The position numbers and the translations under genes were made by a program. DNA of 64,000 nt, from positions 71,918 through 135,917 of the forward strand of contig JBMNPB010000003.1 in the NCBI GenBank assembly GCA_050943375.1, given 5' to 3'. This DNA is from a bacterium. GTDB taxonomy: Bacteria > Bacillota > SLNR01 > JBMNPB01. Within the stretch, counting starts at the first letter, position 1, and every line of letters begins with the position of its first letter. The notes under the pieces are model-generated. The model had not been told where the DNA came from. It was given only the letters and a program-made list of their open reading frames with translations, and did not search any database. Below, piece by piece: positions 58,730-64,000 of this stretch.

Positions 58730-59925
58730 TCCTTTGCGTTGCTGGCCGCGGTAGTTATGTCTTCCTCCAATCCTTCACCCAGAAGATCGGTGGTATCTGC
58801 CCAAACTTTGTTCAGATTCATATACGCCTGATTGCTAAGTTTGCTGTCCCGGCCGTTTTCGTAATCGGCCAGAGCTTTTTGGACAGCGACGACCCGGAAC
58901 TGCTGGCGGCCGTTCTCGGTGTAGCGGTGAGTCCATGTGGGCACATAGCTGACTTGACGCACGGCAGTCTGAGCAGTTTCGTTATCCTTGCGCAGCCGGA
59001 AATAATAAATCACACCTGCTTCCCGGCGCAGGCCGTTCTGGCCGGAAATGAAATTACCCAAGGAGTAAATAACCCAACCTTCCCGGCTCAGACCGTCCGC
59101 CGTCTCCACCGAAATTTTTTCGTACGGCTGCAGGACATGGGGATGACTGCCGAGAATAATATCCGCCCCGGCACCGACAAGTTTGCGCGCCAGCTCTTTT
59201 TGGCTGTCGCTCGGGGTGCTCACATATTCGGTCCCGAAATGCAGGCTGACAATCACCAGATCTGCCTCCGTTTCCCGGGCCCGGGCCGTATCCGCCAGCA
59301 TCAGCGTCTCTTCCGTCAGATTGACGAGATAAGGCTTGTCCGGCGGCAGGGGAATTCCGTTCGTTCCGTAAGTGTAAGCAAGAAACGCCAGTTTTATCCC
59401 GGCTGCGTCGATGAGCAGTGGTGACTCCCTGTCTTGCTGCGTGCGGAATGTCCCCGTATGAGCCAGGCCGTGCTCATCAAGAACATCGAGAGTTCGCCTG
59501 ACACCATCTTCGTAACGGTCAAGGGAATGGTTATTGGCGGTGGTCAGTACATCGAAGCCGGCTCCCCGCAAAGCGGCGGCCAGGCTGTCCGGACTGTTGA
59601 ACATAGGATATCCGGTATAATTCTTCTCTGCCCCGGCCAGAGTCGTTTCGAGATTGGCGACGGCCACGTCGGCCGCCGTCAGATAAGGCGAGATATCCTG
59701 GAAGAAACGGGAATAATCATACTCGCCGCTCACTGAGTCTTTGCCGGCTGCAATCTGAGTATTGTGCATCATAATATCCCCCACCGCCGCCAGAACTATT
59801 TCGGTCGGCGCCGGTGGTTCCACTTCCGGCGGCGGAGCGGTGGTGCCGCTCCCGGCACAACCGGTCGCGGTCAGGCAAAGCCCGAGCAGGATGATCAGCA
59901 GGACTTCTCTTCGCATCAGCAGCAA
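58726..59925 (-). CDS. CapA/PGA_cap family metallophosphatase-like lipoprotein (poly-gamma-glutamate capsule biosynthesis-like)
   Basis: Lipoprotein signal (LTATGCAG). VLAAVGDIMMH, the GSHPHVLQ metallophosphatase motif and length are typical of the CapA family. Confidence 0.7.
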   Translation of the reverse strand: MLLMRREVLLIILLGLCLTATGCAGSGTTAPPPEVEPPAPTEIVLAAVGDIMMHNTQIAAGKDSVSGEYDYSRFFQDISPYLTAADVAVANLETTLAGAEKNYTGYPMFNSPDSLAAALRGAGFDVLTTANNHSLDRYEDGVRRTLDVLDEHGLAHTGTFRTQQDRESPLLIDAAGIKLAFLAYTYGTNGIPLPPDKPYLVNLTEETLMLADTARARETEADLVIVSLHFGTEYVSTPSDSQKELARKLVGAGADIILGSHPHVLQPYEKISVETADGLSREGWVIYSLGNFISGQNGLRREAGVIYYFRLRKDNETAQTAVRQVSYVPTWTHRYTENGRQQFRVVAVQKALADYENGRDSKLSNQAYMNLNKVWADTTDLLGEGLEEDITTAASNAKE

Positions 59926-60023
59926 CTCCCTTCGTAAGGTTTTGTGGCCCGCCGCACCGGGTAGTGACGGCGTACATCCATATTAATCCAAGGAGCGACA
60001 AATTGCAACCGGACAGACCGCGG

Positions 60024-60302
60024 TTATTCCTTCTTGGCCGCGGCAGCCCCCTGTTTTTGCAGGGATGCCAGCTTGACTTTTTCGGCGGCCCGCACCGTTT
60101 TCGCCCCAAGGTAAGTAGCACCGCTGATCCCCATGAGAAGATAAGCGCCCCGGTTCAATTCCGGCGGAAGACCAGTCTTGAGCATATAAACGACGGAATA
60201 AGTGAAATAGAGCATTGTCCATAAGCTCATCTGAAATTTCGACAGACTGAGCTTCCCATCCTCCCCGGTCAAAAGATCCCAGAAACTGTACCTCATTCCC
60301 AT
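60024..60302 (-). CDS. Hypothetical small membrane protein (92 aa, 2 TM segments, Lys-rich tail)
   Basis: ORF with two hydrophobic helices; function unknown. Confidence 0.35.
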   Translation of the reverse strand: MGMRYSFWDLLTGEDGKLSLSKFQMSLWTMLYFTYSVVYMLKTGLPPELNRGAYLLMGISGATYLGAKTVRAAEKVKLASLQKQGAAAAKKE

Positions 60303-60386
60303 CGCCCCTTCCCGTTTCTATCATTTTATCCGGGAAGGTAGTATCGGTTACTGTCCCGAGTCAAGTTTAACGAAGGGGGAAGTCGG

Positions 60387-61061
60387 ATGCTTCGCTGCCC
60401 GGACAGACTCGCCGTCATCGCCGCTTTGTTTCTCTGCCTGGCGGCCGCCTTCGGTCTGCTGCCGCCCGGCCCGACAGCCGTACCACCGCCCTTTGAGCGG
60501 CAGTTAAGCGGCGGCGACGCCAACGGCAACAATATCGACGACTGGGACGACTTCGTAGCCGGGGCCAGGGCGGAAGCGACGGACCGGACAGTCTATCGGG
60601 ACGGCTACTACGCCGGCGGCTACCCGCCCGCCGGCGTAGGCGTCTGCACCGATGTCGTCTGGCGCGCTTTTGCGGCCGCCGGCTATGACCTGAAAAGCAT
60701 GGTCGACTCTGACATCGCCGGGAGTCCGGAGGCTTATCCGCGGGTTGACGGCCGGCCGGAACCGAATATCGACTTCCGCCGCGTCGCCAATCTTCTTCCG
60801 TTTTTCACGCGCCATGCCCTGTCCCTGACGCTGGAAATCGTCCCGGACGACCGTGACAACCTCGCCCAATGGCAAGGCGGCGACATCGTCGTCTTCGGCC
60901 GGCCTCTCGCCCACATCGGGATTATCTCCGATCGACGCCGCCCGGACGGGGTTCCGCTGCTATTGCATAACACCGGACCCCACGCCCGGGAAGAAGACGC
61001 CTTGCTCAGCTGGCCGACGCCGATCGTCGGTCATTTCCGCTACCCGGCCGGCCGCGATTAA
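60387..61061 (+). CDS. DUF1287 domain-containing secreted protein
   Basis: Signal peptide and a conserved GVCTDVVWRAF...HIGIISD region that I recall as DUF1287. Assignment is from memory. Confidence 0.5.
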   Translation: MLRCPDRLAVIAALFLCLAAAFGLLPPGPTAVPPPFERQLSGGDANGNNIDDWDDFVAGARAEATDRTVYRDGYYAGGYPPAGVGVCTDVVWRAFAAAGYDLKSMVDSDIAGSPEAYPRVDGRPEPNIDFRRVANLLPFFTRHALSLTLEIVPDDRDNLAQWQGGDIVVFGRPLAHIGIISDRRRPDGVPLLLHNTGPHAREEDALLSWPTPIVGHFRYPAGRD

Positions 61062-61221
61062 GCAAGGACGGATCGGCCGCAATGTTTCTCATTACCTTTC
61101 GTCCCAAAACGGAGAAATCCTCTATTAATCCGCTCCGCCACGAGAGGCGCGGCGGCCCCGGCATGATTGAAGACGGCGGGGGAAGAATAACGGGGCGACT
61201 ATCAGACAAGGAGGTGAAACA

Positions 61222-61431
61222 ATGACAACGTCCGTTCTCTCCGTCGCCGGCATGACTTGCCAGCACTGCGCTATGCGGGTCAAAAACGGGGTGTCGGCCT
61301 TGGCAGGAGTGCAAAACGTCACTGTTGATCTGACCGCGCAGACTGTCACCGTGGAATTTGATCCGCAAACAACCAATTTGTCGTCCATCAAGGAAGCCAT
61401 CACCGATGCCGGCTACACGGTCAATGACTAA
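61222..61431 (+). CDS. copZ: Copper chaperone CopZ (heavy-metal-associated domain)
   Basis: 69 aa. GMTCQHC metal-binding motif in an HMA fold. Strong RBS AAGGAGGTGAAACA-ATG. Confidence 0.8.
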   Translation: MTTSVLSVAGMTCQHCAMRVKNGVSALAGVQNVTVDLTAQTVTVEFDPQTTNLSSIKEAITDAGYTVND

Positions 61432-61503
61432 CCATCACCGATGCCAGCTACACAGTCAATGACTAACCATCACCGATGCCAGCTACACAGTCAATGACTA
61501 ACA
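61397..61503 (+). repeat. Three tandem 36 bp copies of (a)ccatcaccgatgcc[g/a]gctacac[g/a]gtcaatgacta; copy 1 is the 3' end of copZ including its TAA stop
   Basis: Read directly in the sequence. Copies begin near 61396, 61431 and 61466 and differ at 2 positions. Each ends with tgactaa. Confidence 0.75.
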
Positions 61504-61504
61504 A

Positions 61505-61558
61505 GGGCAGAAGAAGAATCGTACTCAGCGGTACGATTCTTCTTCTGCCCTTTCTGTC
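61505..61558 (+). terminator. Rho-independent terminator (perfect 20 bp stem GGGCAGAAGAAGAATCGTAC/GTACGATTCTTCTTCTGCCC, 6 nt loop, followed by TTTCTGTCAATTTCT)
   Basis: Read directly in the sequence, immediately after the copZ repeat array. Confidence 0.65.
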
Positions 61559-61642
61559 AATTTCTCCTGCTTGGCGAAAACATCAGGATGACTGACACTG
61601 CCCTTCTGCCCTTTCCTGCTGACTATCCCTCTTGCCAGCCGT

Positions 61643-62086
61643 TCATAGGGGCGGACTCTGATCTTCAGGATATATCACCTCCCGCCCGCTGTCTACGCCG
61701 GCCGGGGCCGGCAGGCAGTCGGCGATACGCCATTTGCCTTTGCTTCTCTTCAGTTCATAAAAATAAGTCTCCGGGCGCAGATTGTGGGAATAATGCCATT
61801 GCACCTCAGCTATTGCCATGTTTCGCTCTATCCGCAAGGAAAGGATTTTCGCCCCAATCGGGTAAGGAATATCGAACCGGGCATAGATTTCCGCCATCCG
61901 CCGCCCGGCCTGCTTTGCTTCGTCCGCCCAAAGCTCGGTGCTGCTCCGCACCGTGCCGCTCCGCAGACTGGCCACATGGTTATAAATAACGGAAGCGACG
62001 GCACCTTTGTTCGCGCATCCGGTTCCGAGAACAACGCAAAGCACACCGACGATTAATAGAATGATTGGCCGTCTCCGCCTTAGCAC
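61643..62086 (-). CDS. Hypothetical lipoprotein (147 aa)
   Basis: Signal peptide with a lipobox-like LGTGCANK; no recognised family. Confidence 0.4.
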   Translation of the reverse strand: MLRRRRPIILLIVGVLCVVLGTGCANKGAVASVIYNHVASLRSGTVRSSTELWADEAKQAGRRMAEIYARFDIPYPIGAKILSLRIERNMAIAEVQWHYSHNLRPETYFYELKRSKGKWRIADCLPAPAGVDSGREVIYPEDQSPPL

Positions 62087-62166
62087 AAAAAAACCTCCCG
62101 ATCTGCATAACTGGTCAGTCCTGTTTATACTATTCCCGAGGGGTACACCTTCTATCCAAACATTAC

Positions 62167-63981
62167 TTAATTCAATTCCAACCGGCCCGTTCCGGGGTCG
62201 ATATTAATCCTGAGCCGGCGCTGCTCCGTTTCAATTTTATGAACCTGCTTTCCCACCTGGACTACCGTGTTCTCAAATGCGCGGGCGATGGAGATGGTTT
62301 TTCCGGCTGCCGTCCTGACTTTGGTCAGCACTCCGACGGCCGAGCCAGTCTCTTCAATAGTCACATCGTCACCGGCGTTGATTTCGCCGCTCCGGAAGAT
62401 GCCTTCCACGTCTACCCGGCCCGCGGCACTGACTGTTGTATTGTAACCGCCTTGCCGGCCGATGCGGACGTCGCCGCTCGTCACAATCTCCGTATTGATG
62501 GCATAGGCAAGGGAAACGGTAACCGGCTTGGCAGAAGTGTTTCTGAGGTAAGCCGCCGCTTCCGCCAACTCCCGCTGGACAGCAACAACGGCCGTAAGAT
62601 CGCTGATGCGGAGTGAATTGTCACCGCCGAACAATTTGCCGGCCGCCCGGACCGGCTCCGTCACCTCAGCTGCCAGTTCGCAGCCGGCAGCAGCCATCTC
62701 CTCGGTGATTTTTTCGATGCGATCGGGAATGTTCCTGAACTTTGCGTTCAGCAGCACATAAATAAGTCTCCCCAGTTGCAGTTCATTCCGGCTTTCGCTG
62801 CCCGCCCGCTCCAGAAGCTGACCGACGGCCGCCACCAATTGGGGGATGCTCTCCAGCAGGCTCTCCGCTGCCGGCAGCAACCGGGCATAAACTGCCTGCA
62901 CCCCGCCGGACATCAAATTGCTGCGAATCGCGCTCCCTCTGACGGTAATATTGCCACCGGCATTAACGACGGCGCCGGCGACATTGCCAAACACCTCAAC
63001 GCTGCCGCCGGCGTTGAGCGACATTGTCTCCGTGACATTCCCGGATATTTCCACGTCCCCGTTGAAATTGATGTCCCCGGACGACAAATCAACGTCGCCC
63101 GCATGACTATATATCTCTTGAACACCTACGGCCACTTTGAACTTCCCTGTTTCCTCAATTGCGGGACGGCCGGAAATTGCGGCATAGATTCGCGTGACGC
63201 CTGCCTCGGCAACTTCTGTTGCTCCCTGTTTGATAACGAGGAAAATATCCCGGGCAGGCGGTGGCGGTACCACCTCGCCGGTAACGGCAATCCCGTTCTC
63301 TCCCGGCTGAAGAGGATGCTTAGTCGCCAGCAGCTGACCCGGAATGACGGAGGGAATCTGGAGTACTGCGTGATAATCCACTTTCTCTTCCGTCAGGTCG
63401 GTTTGAACCCTGGTTATGTCTCTCTCCACATGATATTCCATTCTGGCATCGGTGCCGGGCACGGGTTTTTTCCCTTTCGCCACCGGCAGAGGCGTATCAA
63501 ATACATTCCCGGACAAAGCTTCCCGTATCGCCACGTAATCAACCCCAAAAGAAACCCCATTGCGGTTCAGCTCCCGGATGATATCAGACGGAGAAGCGCC
63601 GGGGACGATGTCCGCCCGCTCTTCTTTAACCCGGGGTTGCAATTGATTCTGCGGGGCTGTATCCTCCAGTACCCGGCGGATAAACGCCCGGGAGTTAAGG
63701 CAAAGAGAAGCTGTCATTTTGTCCGCGGCCACACTTATCGAAAAGGGCGGGGCGGCGGTCGTCGAAACGGAGTCCGCAATCTCATCCGCCGCAGACACAG
63801 TAGTCATCTGCCCGGTCGGCTTCCCGTTAATCAGTAATTTTACCTCAGGCACCGGGATAAGTACTGCCGGCCGTCCGCCGGCTTCCGGATCACACACTTT
63901 GAACTTCCCGTTCTCAATCCAGACATCTCCGTCGGCTGGTCGCTTCCCGCAGTTATCCATGCCCCTCCCCTTTCTGCTCAA
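62167..63981 (-). CDS. FapA (DUF342) family protein, polymer-forming beta-helical protein
   Basis: 604 aa. Repeated GNVxxxGxVxVxG beta-helix elements (GNVTETMSLNAGGSVEVFGNVAGAVVNAGGNITVRG; GDVRIGRQGGYNTTVSAAGRVDVEG) typical of FapA/bactofilin-like repeats. Confidence 0.6.
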   Translation of the reverse strand: MSRKGRGMDNCGKRPADGDVWIENGKFKVCDPEAGGRPAVLIPVPEVKLLINGKPTGQMTTVSAADEIADSVSTTAAPPFSISVAADKMTASLCLNSRAFIRRVLEDTAPQNQLQPRVKEERADIVPGASPSDIIRELNRNGVSFGVDYVAIREALSGNVFDTPLPVAKGKKPVPGTDARMEYHVERDITRVQTDLTEEKVDYHAVLQIPSVIPGQLLATKHPLQPGENGIAVTGEVVPPPPARDIFLVIKQGATEVAEAGVTRIYAAISGRPAIEETGKFKVAVGVQEIYSHAGDVDLSSGDINFNGDVEISGNVTETMSLNAGGSVEVFGNVAGAVVNAGGNITVRGSAIRSNLMSGGVQAVYARLLPAAESLLESIPQLVAAVGQLLERAGSESRNELQLGRLIYVLLNAKFRNIPDRIEKITEEMAAAGCELAAEVTEPVRAAGKLFGGDNSLRISDLTAVVAVQRELAEAAAYLRNTSAKPVTVSLAYAINTEIVTSGDVRIGRQGGYNTTVSAAGRVDVEGIFRSGEINAGDDVTIEETGSAVGVLTKVRTAAGKTISIARAFENTVVQVGKQVHKIETEQRRLRINIDPGTGRLELN

Positions 63982-64000
63982 TTCTTTATTTGCCTCCCGG

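Noticed and set aside
61397-61503. Possible CRISPR array or REP element
   Set aside because: The three 36 bp copies are directly contiguous with no spacers, so this is a tandem duplication, not a CRISPR array. Whether it is a dispersed REP-type element cannot be told from one window.
62776-63837. 353-aa plus-strand ORF
   Set aside because: Antisense to the FapA/DUF342 gene; Arg/Gly-rich, low-complexity.

Overview
This is a 64 kb window from a high-GC, endospore-forming Firmicute, probably class Clostridia. That placement is inference from gene content (pro-sigma-E, SpoIIGA, SpoVD-like PBP, two alpha/beta SASPs) and from GGAGG-type ribosome-binding sites. Nearly all genes are on the minus strand.

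Contents, left to right:
- **Division/cell-wall (dcw) and sporulation cluster, 1–18.4 kb.** On the minus strand, transcribed from 18.4 kb down toward 1: mraZ–rsmH–ftsL–PBP(SpoVD-like)–murE–murF–mraY–ftsW/spoVE–murG–murC–murA–divIB–sbp–ftsZ. An AT-rich 1.2 kb spacer follows, then spoIIGA–sigE. No murD, murB, ddl or ftsA are present in the cluster.
- **Metabolic operon, 19–25 kb.** A GNAT acetyltransferase, then gabT, a tungsten-type aldehyde:ferredoxin oxidoreductase, and a Cat1/ScpC-family CoA-transferase that is a pseudogene (several frameshifts plus an in-frame TAA).
- **Chemotaxis operon, 25.3–32.3 kb.** cheD–cheC–cheB–cheY–motA-like–cheA–cheW on the minus strand and a divergent cheR. A lone MotA homolog sits inside it with no MotB.
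- **AT-rich island, 32.3–34.3 kb.** A split AraC-type HTH protein, a decayed GyrI-like gene and unknown genes.
- **34.6–64 kb.** A B3/4-domain protein, Fur-family regulator, HD-GYP, several membrane proteins, a Ca2+ P-type ATPase with a 600 nt leader, three tiny genes (one 41 aa double-CxxC protein missing from the ORF track), VanW, two SASP genes, an AI-2E transporter, MoeB/ThiF plus a PqqB-like MBL protein, CorC/HlyC, TrkH–TrkA, an M16 peptidase pair, a DUF362 Fe-S protein, CapA, DUF1287, copZ followed by a 36 bp tandem triplication and a perfect terminator, and a FapA/DUF342 protein.

No rRNA, tRNA, CRISPR array or transposase was recognised. I found no clear-cut novel multi-gene system. 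The most interesting candidates are the gabT–AOR–CoA-transferase(pseudo) operon, the orphan MotA inside the che operon, the unannotated zinc-ribbon micro-ORF with its neighbouring tiny genes, and the copZ 3' tandem repeat.
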